64,000 nt of DNA, from NCBI GenBank assembly GCA_965240365.1, contig OZ251218.1, positions 2,254,356 to 2,318,355 of the forward strand, read 5' to 3'. Shown here piece after piece: positions 28,552 through 38,749 of the stretch. The notes below the pieces were generated by a model. The model had not been told where the DNA came from and did no database searches. It saw nothing but the letters and a program-made list of their open reading frames with translations. This DNA is from Gammaproteobacteria bacterium (lineage in GTDB: Bacteria > Pseudomonadota > Gammaproteobacteria > Eutrophobiales > Eutrophobiaceae). The position numbers and the translations under genes are program-made. The stretch's first letter is position 1. Each line of letters opens with the position of its first letter.

Positions 28552-29736
28552 ATGAACGCGACCAACCGCTGGTTATTACCGGAGGGTATCGAGGAGATCC
28601 TGCCGCCCAGCGCCATGCGGCTTGAGCGGCTCTGCCGCGAGATCATCGACCTGCTATGCGGCTGGGGCTATGAATTCGTGATCCCGCCGCCGATAGAATA
28701 TCTGGAATCGCTGCTGACCGGCGCCGGCGAAGACCTGGACCTGCAAACCTTCAAGCTCATCGATCAGTTGAGCGGGCGCCTGATGGGGATCAGGGCCGAT
28801 ATTACGCCCCAGGTTGCCCGTATTGACGCCCACCGCCTACAGCGCGATGCGCCCGTCCGGCTTTGTTATCTGGGGTCCGTGCTGCACGCCCGGCCCGGCA
28901 GGTCGGGCGACACCCGCGCGCCCATGCAGGCCGGGGCCGAGCTTTATGGTCATGCCGGCGTCGCCAGCGACATAGAGATCGTCAGGCTGATGCTGGCCAC
29001 GCTGAGCCGGGCCGGCCTTGAAAAAACCTGTATCGATCTGGGGCATATCGGGATCTTCCGCGCCCTGAGCGACGCCAGTTCCTTAAATAGCGAACAACGC
29101 AAAGACGTGTTTGACATCTTGCAGCGCAAGGCCAAAGACGAATTGAACGCGCTTTATAAAAAGTGGAAGATCCGCGACGACGCCGGTCTGGCGCTGGCGG
29201 CCCTGATTAACTGCAACGGCGACCGGGCCATCTTAAAAGAGGCCAGAGAACGCTTCGCCGACATCTCGGAGGCGGCCGGCCGGGCCATCGCCGAACTGGA
29301 GGCGCTGACCGCGGCCATCGGCGATAACAGCGATATTTCGATCAACATCGATCTGGCCGAACTGCGCGGTTATCACTATCATACCGGCATGGTTTACACC
29401 GCGTTCGCGCCGGGCCAGGGCGCGGGCATTGCCTTCGGCGGGCGTTATGATTACATCGGCCGGGCCTTTGGCCGGGCCCGCCCGGCCACCGGTTTCAGCA
29501 CCGATGTAAAATCACTGCTGCGCTTCGGCGCTAAAGCCGGCGTGGAAAAGAGCCGGATATTTGCGCCGGCCGGCAATGACCCGGCATTATTAAAGAAAAT
29601 AAACGAACTAAGGGCAAAGGGCGAAGTGCTTATTCAACAACTGGAAGGCCAGCAGGCCGATGCAGGACAAATGGGCTGCCAGCGGCAACTCGTGTTCGAG
29701 GATGCGGCCTGGCGCGTCAAGAAAATCCTGACTTAA
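28552..29736 (+). CDS. hisZ: ATP phosphoribosyltransferase regulatory subunit HisZ (HisRS paralogue)
   Basis: Class II aaRS-like core motifs (LPEGIEEILP, FKLIDQ, RLCYLGSVLH, GGRYD); between hflC and purA as in many beta/gammaproteobacteria. Confidence 0.75.
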   Translation: MNATNRWLLPEGIEEILPPSAMRLERLCREIIDLLCGWGYEFVIPPPIEYLESLLTGAGEDLDLQTFKLIDQLSGRLMGIRADITPQVARIDAHRLQRDAPVRLCYLGSVLHARPGRSGDTRAPMQAGAELYGHAGVASDIEIVRLMLATLSRAGLEKTCIDLGHIGIFRALSDASSLNSEQRKDVFDILQRKAKDELNALYKKWKIRDDAGLALAALINCNGDRAILKEARERFADISEAAGRAIAELEALTAAIGDNSDISINIDLAELRGYHYHTGMVYTAFAPGQGAGIAFGGRYDYIGRAFGRARPATGFSTDVKSLLRFGAKAGVEKSRIFAPAGNDPALLKKINELRAKGEVLIQQLEGQQADAGQMGCQRQLVFEDAAWRVKKILT

Positions 29737-29745
29737 AAACCGTGA

Positions 29746-31041
<1,296 letters not shown>

Positions 31042-31090
31042 GACGCGGGCTGATATTCTGGCGCGGATTGTTGCCGGGGGACACAAATTC

Positions 31091-32911
31091 ATGGGGAGTC
31101 TGCTCAAATTTCGCGGTTTTACGGCCTACATCATCGTCGTATTCCTGAATGCCTTTGTTGACCTGGGGCATAAAATCGTCATCCAGAACACGGTCTTCAA
31201 AATCTATGAAGGCCAGACCCAGATCATACTGACCGCGATAGTCAACGCGCTGATCCTGCTGCCGTTCATCCTGCTGATTTCGCCGGCCGGCTATTGCTCC
31301 GATAAATATCCGAAAACCAGGGTAATACGCATCAGCGCCTGGGTCGCCGTGCTGGTCTCATTGTGCATTACCCTGTTTTACTATCTGGGCTGGTTTTGGG
31401 CGGCCTTTCTGATGACCTTCATGCTGGCCCTGCAAAGCGCGTTCTATTCCCCCTCCAAATATGGTTTTATCAAGGAAATGGTGGGCAAAAATAATCTGGC
31501 GCGGGCCAATGGCCTAGTGCAGGCCATCACCACCATCGCCATCCTGGCCGGTATTTTTGTCTTTTCAATCGCATTCGAACAATTTCTGATCGACCAGCCA
31601 TTTAGCGATACCGGATCGCTATTAAAGCGCATCGCCCCCATCGGCTGGGGGCTGGTCCTGTTCAGCCTGATCGAACTGGCCCTGGCCTGCACATTGACCG
31701 ACCGGCATCCGCCTGATGAAACCATGCAATTCGATTTCCGGGCCTACCGCCACGGCGAATATCTAAAGCGCAACATGCAAGCCGTGCTGCGGCATGAGGT
31801 GATCTTTCTGTCGATCATGGGGCTCGCCATCTTCTGGTCAATCTCGCAAGTGATGCTGGCCGCCTTCCCCAGCTATGCCGAGGAAACGCTGGGCATCGGT
31901 AATACGGTGATTGTGCAGGGCGCCATGGCCTGCGCCGGCTTCGGCATCATGCTGGGCTCCGTGATCTGCGGGCGGCTCTCCCGCAGCCATATTGAAACCG
32001 GCATGATTCCGCTGGGCCTGGTGGGTATCGCCTTGTGTTTATTTATTCTGCCCTATCTTGACAATGCCTATCTGCACGCCGCCAACTTCCTGATCTGGGG
32101 CCTGTTCGGCGGCCTTTTGATCATTCCGCTCAATGCGCTGATTCAGTTTCATGCCGGCCAGAATGAATCCGGCCGTGTGCTGGCCGGCAACAACTTCCTG
32201 CAAAACTGCATGATGCTGAGCTTTCTCGGTTTAACGGTTGTGTTTGCCTTATATGGCATTGACAGCCTGGGCCTGTTTAGCATCCTGCTGCTGGTTGCCG
32301 GCGTCGCCACCCTCTACCTCGCTTATAAACTGCCGCAATCACTGCTGCGCCTTATTGTCGGCGTTATCAGCGGGCAGCGTTACCGCCTGCGGGTGCTGGG
32401 GCTTGAAAACATGCCGGAGACCGGCGCCGTCTGGCTGCTTGGCGAACAGCGCAACGGGGTCGATTGCGCGATACTCCAAATGGCCTCGCCCCGCCCGATT
32501 CGTTTTGTCGTGCCGGGCGATATCCATAAACGCCGCGCCCTCGGCTGGTTCGCCGACCTGTTCAAGGCCATCCCGGCCGGCTTCGGCGAAGAAGCATTAG
32601 GGGCCATCAACAAAGCCCTGCATCATGGCGATATGGTCTGTTTATTCGCGCGGGCAACCGCGAGCCAGAGCGGCCGCCTGGCTGAATTCCAGCAACACGG
32701 CCCAAAGGCCGGCGGCAATCCCGCCGCCGTCATCCTGCCATTCTACCTGCACGATCCGGGCAAACGGCCCGCGCGACTTGGCCAAAGGCAGGACATCATC
32801 GTGGCCTTTGGCCGGCCGCTTCCGATTGACGCCAAACCCCATATTTTAGACAGGGGCCTGCTCGATCTTTTGCTTGCCGCCCGGGAATATGATAAGGAAG
32901 CGCTTCCATAA
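31091..32911 (+). CDS. MFS transporter fused to a C-terminal acyltransferase-like domain (LplT/Aas-type lysophospholipid transporter-acyltransferase architecture)
   Basis: 12 predicted TM helices then a PlsC-like fold (VLGLENMPETGAVWLLGEQRNGVDCAIL...) with the usual H of HX4D replaced by Q; ATG at 31091 with GGGGGA RBS. ORF-track start at 30827 overlaps purA. Confidence 0.65.
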   Translation: MGSLLKFRGFTAYIIVVFLNAFVDLGHKIVIQNTVFKIYEGQTQIILTAIVNALILLPFILLISPAGYCSDKYPKTRVIRISAWVAVLVSLCITLFYYLGWFWAAFLMTFMLALQSAFYSPSKYGFIKEMVGKNNLARANGLVQAITTIAILAGIFVFSIAFEQFLIDQPFSDTGSLLKRIAPIGWGLVLFSLIELALACTLTDRHPPDETMQFDFRAYRHGEYLKRNMQAVLRHEVIFLSIMGLAIFWSISQVMLAAFPSYAEETLGIGNTVIVQGAMACAGFGIMLGSVICGRLSRSHIETGMIPLGLVGIALCLFILPYLDNAYLHAANFLIWGLFGGLLIIPLNALIQFHAGQNESGRVLAGNNFLQNCMMLSFLGLTVVFALYGIDSLGLFSILLLVAGVATLYLAYKLPQSLLRLIVGVISGQRYRLRVLGLENMPETGAVWLLGEQRNGVDCAILQMASPRPIRFVVPGDIHKRRALGWFADLFKAIPAGFGEEALGAINKALHHGDMVCLFARATASQSGRLAEFQQHGPKAGGNPAAVILPFYLHDPGKRPARLGQRQDIIVAFGRPLPIDAKPHILDRGLLDLLLAAREYDKEALP

Positions 32912-33003
32912 CGGCAGTTGATTCACCCCGCCCGCAGAGCCAATTTCAGGAACGGCGGCCTGCGCGGGAAACGGATTACCCGGCGAGGCGTACGCCGCCG
33001 CCC

Positions 33004-33546
33004 TCACTCGGCCAGGCCCGTATCAAGGCCGTCAATGCTTTTACTGTTCTTGTCATGCTGATATTCGGCAATGCCCGCGGCCCCCTTCCCCTCGGCCCAG
33101 CGTTGCAGGGTAGCGCGTTCCCGCGCGGGCCCCATCTGCGGCACGCCAAAGCCGCAACTGGTTTGCACCGACTCAATGTCGATAAAGATAATCTGGCGGA
33201 CACCGGCCAGCCGGGGGAAACGGCCCAGATTCGTCTCAAAATCCGAAGCGCCGGGTCGGGCCACCGATCCGTGCCCGTAAAGCCGCACGATCAGCGGTTT
33301 TTGCGTGAAGCTGTTAAACATGATCGTTATGCGTCCATCCGCCTTGATATGAGCCGCGGTCTCATTGCCGCTGCCCGTGATATCCAGATAGGCGCAGCGC
33401 GCGGGGTTCAACACGCGAAACGTATCCATGCCCTTGGGCGACAGATTGATACGCCCGCCGGGCGCGGCCGTGGCGACAAAGAACATGGGTTGCTCGCCGA
33501 TAAACGCGGTCAATTTATCCGACAACTGATCATAAAAATCCGCCAT
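33004..33546 (-). CDS. Pyridoxamine 5'-phosphate oxidase-like FMN-binding split-barrel protein
   Basis: MFFVATAAPGGRINLSPKG and length (180 aa) typical of the PNPOx-like family. Confidence 0.6.
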   Translation of the reverse strand: MADFYDQLSDKLTAFIGEQPMFFVATAAPGGRINLSPKGMDTFRVLNPARCAYLDITGSGNETAAHIKADGRITIMFNSFTQKPLIVRLYGHGSVARPGASDFETNLGRFPRLAGVRQIIFIDIESVQTSCGFGVPQMGPARERATLQRWAEGKGAAGIAEYQHDKNSKSIDGLDTGLAE

Positions 33547-33639
33547 TGTGAATCCTCCTGTTCAACTCGCTCATGCGACAGATAAGAAAGCATAAACACT
33601 CTGCCGGCTTCGGGCAAGCCCGTGCCCGGGTTCAATACT

Positions 33640-34110
33640 TGTGAGATAAATCAGGGCTGCCTGCTGCCAGTAGGCGCCTTGCCAGCCGGAACAGTGTGTT
33701 TGGTTGTCATTCCCGCTTTCGCCGGACGGCTACGGGCATCCTCGGCAGCTTGTTCCTGACACTGCTCTACCACCTACGTCCTGTAGGCGTGCCCTCCCTG
33801 CCTGCTGCAGGCAGGTCGCCGCATACAGGACTTCCTGTCCATAAATGACGGTAGGGGCGGAATGTCCAAGTTCAACAACATACAAGACAAATCAGGGAGG
33901 TAGGGAATCCGTAGAACTGCCTGCAACAAGCAGGTTAGCGCAGATTATGTGTTGTTCTGTTTGGCCTGTTGCTGACGGGCGGGAATGATGGAAAGTGAAT
34001 TTCAGCTACGTCGTCATTCCGGCGAAAGCCGGAATCCAGGACAGTAGGGCCGGAGAGTGAAATAGATTACGATTCTGTCTGCCTGCCTGCTGCCAACAGG
34101 CTACAGGCAG
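33640..34110. repeat. Palindromic repeat cluster
   Basis: ctgcctgctgccagtaggc, gtcattcccgctttcgccggacgg, ctgcctgctgcaggcagg, ccataaatgacggtaggggcgg, cgtcattccggcgaaagccggaatccag modules. Confidence 0.6.
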
Positions 34111-34116
34111 GCAAGA

Positions 34117-34287
34117 CGCTCACGCACCTGCTCGGGCGTGACGGCGCGGGATGGATCGGCTTTCAGCGCGTCATAAGCCGGACCGACCTGGTTATGAAGC
34201 CAGGCTTCCACGGCGCGATCACGCGCAAGCAGCGCCCGCAGACCATCGCGGATGACTTCGCTCTCGCTCGCATACTCTCCTGTTGCC
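34117..34287 (-). pseudogene. ParD-family antitoxin remnant (C-terminal ~56 aa only)
   Basis: Minus-strand translation GEYASESEVIRDGLRALLARDRAVEAWLHNQVGPAYDALKADPSRAVTPEQVRERL matches the ParD consensus (GRYGSASEVIRAGLRLLE...); in-frame TAG right upstream, no start, no parE partner. Confidence 0.5.
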
Positions 34288-34441
34288 TATTTTAGCCAGA
34301 ATTTACATGCATGCAAAGCCCCTCCTGTAGCAGGCGGGTCGGAATAACAACGAATATTTCATTAGTTTTGCGGTTATTCTTGCTATATGTATGAACCCGT
34401 ACTATAATTTCTAAATAACGACTAAATACATAGGAGCACGA

Positions 34442-34711
34442 ATGACTGACTTACTTGCAACTGAAAAGACCTATCTAGCTGATCACCAATCCGAACTTGT
34501 GCAGAAACACCCCGGCAAATTCCTGTTGATAAAGGGAAAAGCCGTACATGGCGCTTTCCAGACTTACGAACAGGGTGTGATCGAGGGAACGGCGCGGTTC
34601 GGCGCCGGCCCCTTCCTGGTTCGCGATGTCTCTGCCACTTCTGATCCCGAAGCCCCGAACATACCGGCCTTGTCCATTGGGCTGCCGTTCACCCGCCTTG
34701 CCGATAATTAA
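34442..34711 (+). CDS. Small conserved protein (89 aa) that precedes a retropepsin-like protease; family not confidently assigned
   Basis: Substitutions against the partial duplicate at 35811-36037 are almost all synonymous in this frame, supporting protein coding. Confidence 0.6.
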   Translation: MTDLLATEKTYLADHQSELVQKHPGKFLLIKGKAVHGAFQTYEQGVIEGTARFGAGPFLVRDVSATSDPEAPNIPALSIGLPFTRLADN

Positions 34712-34728
34712 CCCGAAAGTCCAGGCCC
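34501..34728. repeat. Copy 1 of a 228-bp direct duplication (second copy at 35811-36037)
   Basis: About 94% identity; one 1-nt indel at the left edge; copy 1 lies within the small-protein gene. Confidence 0.9.
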
Positions 34729-34754
34729 AAATCCTGGACGCAAAGGGCAAAAAA

Positions 34755-35183
34755 GTGCCGCTTACCGGCAGGGCGGGCCTCCGGGATGCCGGCCCCAAAA
34801 TTAAGCTCGCGCTATCATCGTTGGAATCACAACTGCAGACCCTTGCTGATCGCGGTAAAACACCGCCCGCCCCGGTGGCCGGCTGGGGCATCATCGACAC
34901 GGGCGCCTGTGTCACCTGCGTGGATGAAACTGCGGCACGCAATGCTGGCCTGGCAACCGTGGATACGGGGCCGATTGCCTCGGCCACCCACGACAATCAC
35001 ACGGTACCCATCTTCGCCGGCCAACTTGATGTGGCCGGCATTCCTCAGAACATCAATATCTATCGTGCCTACGGCGTGAACTTGGAAGCTCAAGGACTTA
35101 TCGCGCTGATAGGGCGTGATGTGCTCGCCAACTGCATTCTGGTGTACAACGGTCTGGACGGATCGTTTTCGCTCGCGTTGTAA
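34755..35183 (+). CDS. Retropepsin-like (clan AA) aspartic protease
   Basis: GIIDTGACVTCVDETAARNAGL contains the D-T-G-A catalytic motif with the hydrophobic-hydrophobic-D-T-G-A context of retropepsins; about 140 aa. ORF track gives 34626-35183, but the overlapped 5' part reads better in the upstream gene's frame, so a GTG at 34755 is proposed; start uncertain. Confidence 0.55.
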   Translation: MPLTGRAGLRDAGPKIKLALSSLESQLQTLADRGKTPPAPVAGWGIIDTGACVTCVDETAARNAGLATVDTGPIASATHDNHTVPIFAGQLDVAGIPQNINIYRAYGVNLEAQGLIALIGRDVLANCILVYNGLDGSFSLAL

Positions 35184-35324
35184 CTTCCACGCCGCCGTGC
35201 TGGCGACTTTTGGCTTGTCGGATTGTGTACGTAGCGGATGACCTGCCTACTACGGACTAAAGAAGGCCGTGATCCGATTTCGGTCCATGTCCGCCGGGAA
35301 TAAAGTACGGCTTGTGCGGGCGGA

Positions 35325-35594
35325 CTAAAATTCGGACGCTATTGCCATATCGTAATTAGTCTGCATATTCATCCAGTAGGCCAGAGTGGTATTGAAGGCG
35401 CGGGCAAGCCGCAGGGCGGTGTCCGGCGTCATGCCGGTCGCTCCCTTGACAAGCCGCTCAATCCGCGTGCGCGGCACACCCAGGCGGCGGGCAAGGGCAA
35501 TGGCCCCCATATCCAGGGGCACAAGGTAAAGTTCTTGCAGAACTTCGCCGGGGTGCATGGGGGCTTTGAGCAGGCTCATGGACTTAATCCTCAT
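35325..35594 (-). CDS. higA: HigA antitoxin (XRE-family HTH)
   Basis: MHPGEVLQELYLVPLDMGAIALARRLGVPRTRIERLVKGATGMTPDTALRLARAF is the canonical HigA HTH; ATGA start/stop overlap with higB. Confidence 0.85.
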   Translation of the reverse strand: MRIKSMSLLKAPMHPGEVLQELYLVPLDMGAIALARRLGVPRTRIERLVKGATGMTPDTALRLARAFNTTLAYWMNMQTNYDMAIASEF

Positions 35595-35860
35595 CAGTGG
35601 TAATCGCTAATCTCAACATCAGCGGGGCCGTTCGGCGTCCAGACAAGGCAAATATGCCATTGGCGATTGATCCGCACGGCATGTTGCCCGGCCCGGTCGC
35701 CTTTCAGTGCTTCCAGCCGGTTACCCGGCGGAAGGCGTAAATCCTCCACGACAACCGCGGTATCCAGGGCCGTGAGCAGCGCCCGCGCGCGCTTTCTGCC
35801 TTGATATACCGCAGAAGCACCCCCGGCAAATTCCTGCTGATCAAGGGAAAAGCCGTACAT
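35594..35860 (-). CDS. higB: HigB toxin (RelE/ParE superfamily) with a chimeric N-terminus
   Basis: C-terminal LKGDRAGQHAVRINRQWHICLVWTPNGPADVEISDYH matches HigB. The first 13 codons (MYGFSLDQQEFAG) are encoded antisense to copy 2 of the 228-bp duplication. Confidence 0.65.
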   Translation of the reverse strand: MYGFSLDQQEFAGGASAVYQGRKRARALLTALDTAVVVEDLRLPPGNRLEALKGDRAGQHAVRINRQWHICLVWTPNGPADVEISDYH

Positions 35861-36037
35861 GGCGCTTTCCAGACTTACGAGCAGGGCGTGATCGAGGGAA
35901 CGGCGCGGTTCGGCGCCGGCCCCTTCCTGGTTCGCGATGCCTCTGCCACTTCTGACCCCGAAGCCCCGAACATCCCGGCCCTGTCCATTGGGCTGCCGTT
36001 CGCTCGCCTTGCCGATAATTAACCCGAAAGTCCAGGC
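35811..36037. repeat. Copy 2 of the 228-bp direct duplication; carries a 5'-truncated paralogue of the 34442-34711 gene (ORF 35801-36022)
   Basis: Alignment to 34501-34728; the reading frame is preserved with only synonymous changes. Confidence 0.9.
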
Positions 36038-36056
36038 TCCGGCCTTTGCGAACAGG

Positions 36057-36362
36057 CTAAGATGCGGATGCGGCTTTTGCGGCCTTGATGAGGTCTGCTG
36101 TGCGCAAGGGTTCGGGTACGTATTCAAGCGCATCCCCGTCCTGTGTAACCGCCGCCCGGCACATCTTCACGGTGCGCAGGGGTTTGGGCATAAATTTCAA
36201 CTTCACGTCTGTTGCAAAAAATACGAGGATTGCGATGCCCCCTAAGATCAGGAGAACCGTTGGATATCCTTTTACTACCAAATTAAAGATTGATAGATAG
36301 ATCAAGTATCCTATGATTCCGTAAAATATCAGCAAGATGAATCTGGAACTTCCTATAGACAT
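36057..36362 (-). CDS. Small 2-TM membrane protein encoded at the 3' edge of the low-GC island. The reading frame runs on into flanking high-GC DNA, which resembles a DUF4116-repeat fragment
   Basis: N-terminal 60 aa (two TM helices) is AT-rich; C-terminal AVTQDGDALEYVPEPLRTADLIKAAKAASAS is GC-rich and DUF4116-like; 37 bp downstream of the 742-aa gene on the same strand. Confidence 0.4.
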   Translation of the reverse strand: MSIGSSRFILLIFYGIIGYLIYLSIFNLVVKGYPTVLLILGGIAILVFFATDVKLKFMPKPLRTVKMCRAAVTQDGDALEYVPEPLRTADLIKAAKAASAS

Positions 36363-36399
36363 AGCGATCTTTTCTATTTTTAGTTAATTTGGTACAAGG

Positions 36400-38628
36400 C
36401 TAATTTTCTTCATATTGCTTCTGGAAATCTGACTGAAGTTGTGTAGAAGCTTCTGCAAGCAACACTTTGGCTCGCGAATCATCAATTTCATCATATACTT
36501 CTTTGGCTTTTGAAATTATCTTTTTGAAGGCATCTTCATCCATCCTATTACCGAGTTTTACTCCAAGCATAGAAGGAAAGATTTTGTCGTAACTACTTTG
36601 GACAGACTTTGCAGAAGGAATTGATGCAAGATAATGGATCAGAAACTCAGGCCGCATCATATATCGCGCGCCCTCTTTCGATACTAAGCTTCTAGTAGCA
36701 CTTTGAACTCTCGTTTGCTGTGTTAACCACCACGTTTTGAATCCATAAGGGTTTCCACCACTGCGTTCACTATCGACTCTACGTTTTTGAAATATGCGCA
36801 GTATAGTTAAAGCAGCGTTTCTTGATAAGATTTCTTCGCTCGCGTTATCTCTATCAATTCTATTGCGGTTATTTTTAATGTCGGATGTAAGCTGATTTAG
36901 ATCGGTTTTATTTACACCTGACAACATTTCAGCTTCGTTTTCATAGTAGAAACCGAACTCGTTTATTAGATACTCTCTTAATTCATCTCGTGAGGATGGT
37001 TTAGTAATCCTGTTTACTGTGAGAAACTTACCTAAGTAGGTTTGCCATCCAGATAGTGAATTGTTCTTAGATACTGGCTTAAGTTTGGCATAAAAGTAGG
37101 CACGTATTAAAATGCGATCAATATGGCTAGCAAGCGTTAAGTCGATATAATTTTGAATATTTTCATAATTGTTTACAAACTCAAAGTGAGTTATTTTGAG
37201 ATGATTCCACACTTCGTCGAGCGTTTTCTCCGTTAGAGCTAGTTTCGATCCAGCCGTTTTGAGAAGCTTTAAAGTATTTTTGGTCTTCTGATCTTCTTTC
37301 ACGAGCATTTGCTCTGACAATGCCTCTACAATCAAGTCAGCACCAATGTAGAGATTAAAGTTTGAGGTCATTCTTCTAAAATATTCCAAGATCCGAGGTT
37401 CATTTTTCAGCATGAAAAGAAGAATATATGTTCGGGATAACTTACGAAAGTAGCGTCTCTCTACTTCCGAACTGTTATAGTAAGCACCTCGTAAAATACT
37501 TGAACAGGTCTGGAAAATGAGTTCGGCATTTTTACCGACAAGTCCTTGATCTTCAATTTCTCGGCCCAGAAAATCTTTGATTAAAGGAAGATCGCTATCA
37601 CTTCCTTCTGCACGCTCTAGGAAAAGCACGATCTCAAGCCCTTGAGCGTGAAATGATCGATGTATAACATTATGACAGATTTCGACGCACTGTTCGATTA
37701 TTTTTGTGTTATTTGTCGCCAAGGACGTATTCTGAGCTGCTCGATTGCGAAAGATATTACTAACGTCTTGCTTTAGCGCTTCGTCCTTAACATTTTCATC
37801 GTGGATCATCTTTCTAGTTTCATAAGGCAAGCAATATCCCTTCTCTTTTCGATGATAGTTAACTTTCCGTCCGCCGTTTCCTTTGGTAGTTAGTGCATTA
37901 ATTCTATGCTTGACAATACCTCTAAAGAAAGTTTTAGCGGATGGTAGCGTCTCAATTACGCGCGTTTCAATATTGGAAAGCGATAGAAATTTACCCTTAT
38001 CAGGATCTGTTCCTTCAAGCGACCAAAGAATTAAACTATCAGTCACTGTTTCAAGAAGTTCAGTTTTCCCGCGCTGGCACTCAAGTTCCTGCCCAAGGAA
38101 CACAAAAAGTGTTTTTGCTGGAAGGCCTTGGATAGTGTTGGGCACATACCCTGTGCCGATGCCTTCCAGAAAAGAAGCTGCATCAGCAACGTATGTTTTG
38201 TAGGCTTGTAGTGCACCCGGAGTGTTGTTGATATGAGATTGGAAGTAATATCCATCTCGAATAACAATTCGACAGTCTAGTTCATCGCTAAGTTCATCCT
38301 GAATTTTATCTATCAGAGTTAGCTTTTGGTTAGTAGCGTAGATCAAACTCTTTGGATCGCGATCAAATTCTCTAAGTCGTTTTAGAGTTTTGCGAATCTT
38401 TGTCTTAGGTTCTACTGTAACGGATGCTTGCATGAACTTTTGAGTGCCACCTGCTTCGAAAATGCGATCATCTATCACCCCGTCAGCACCACCATCATGA
38501 AAACCTCCCATAGGCACATAGTCGACACCAATAGAAGACGCAAAGAACTCTTGTGCGAACTTTTCGAAATTGACTCCTTCCACTTTCGACAACGCAATTT
38601 CAATTACTCTTGTATCGACAATATCCAC
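36400..38628 (-). CDS. Uncharacterised 742-aa protein with N-terminal Mrr-type restriction-endonuclease-like (PD-(D/E)xK) domain and a long alpha-helical C-terminal region
   Basis: FEKFAQEFF...GVDYVPMGGFHDGGADGVIDD...FMQASVTV...SLIYATNQKLT follows the Mrr_cat pattern (FE..l.....G.....DgGiDg....vQcK....ilvTt); no P-loop; region GC about 40% against 62% background. Confidence 0.75.
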   Translation of the reverse strand: MDIVDTRVIEIALSKVEGVNFEKFAQEFFASSIGVDYVPMGGFHDGGADGVIDDRIFEAGGTQKFMQASVTVEPKTKIRKTLKRLREFDRDPKSLIYATNQKLTLIDKIQDELSDELDCRIVIRDGYYFQSHINNTPGALQAYKTYVADAASFLEGIGTGYVPNTIQGLPAKTLFVFLGQELECQRGKTELLETVTDSLILWSLEGTDPDKGKFLSLSNIETRVIETLPSAKTFFRGIVKHRINALTTKGNGGRKVNYHRKEKGYCLPYETRKMIHDENVKDEALKQDVSNIFRNRAAQNTSLATNNTKIIEQCVEICHNVIHRSFHAQGLEIVLFLERAEGSDSDLPLIKDFLGREIEDQGLVGKNAELIFQTCSSILRGAYYNSSEVERRYFRKLSRTYILLFMLKNEPRILEYFRRMTSNFNLYIGADLIVEALSEQMLVKEDQKTKNTLKLLKTAGSKLALTEKTLDEVWNHLKITHFEFVNNYENIQNYIDLTLASHIDRILIRAYFYAKLKPVSKNNSLSGWQTYLGKFLTVNRITKPSSRDELREYLINEFGFYYENEAEMLSGVNKTDLNQLTSDIKNNRNRIDRDNASEEILSRNAALTILRIFQKRRVDSERSGGNPYGFKTWWLTQQTRVQSATRSLVSKEGARYMMRPEFLIHYLASIPSAKSVQSSYDKIFPSMLGVKLGNRMDEDAFKKIISKAKEVYDEIDDSRAKVLLAEASTQLQSDFQKQYEEN

Positions 38629-38749
38629 TCAGTGATCTCTAATTAAGATAGCGATAGTTTTATGATAACATCACATATCGCCAACGTTGTCAATAAAAGA
38701 ATGATCTGAAGTTCTCTCATTTTTTGCCCTAGAGATAAAACTAAAACAA

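Noticed and set aside
34626-34754. 5' part of the protease ORF (MSLPLLIPKPRTYRPCPLGCRSPALPII...) as real coding sequence
   Set aside because: Pro/Cys-rich and shows mostly nonsynonymous changes between duplication copies, whereas the overlapping frame of the upstream gene shows synonymous changes; a downstream start for the protease is preferred (programmed frameshift not excluded)
34475-34996. 173-aa minus-strand ORF antisense to the small-protein/protease cassette
   Set aside because: Substitution pattern between the duplicated copies is synonymous on the plus strand, not the minus strand; Ala/Gly/Arg-rich shadow
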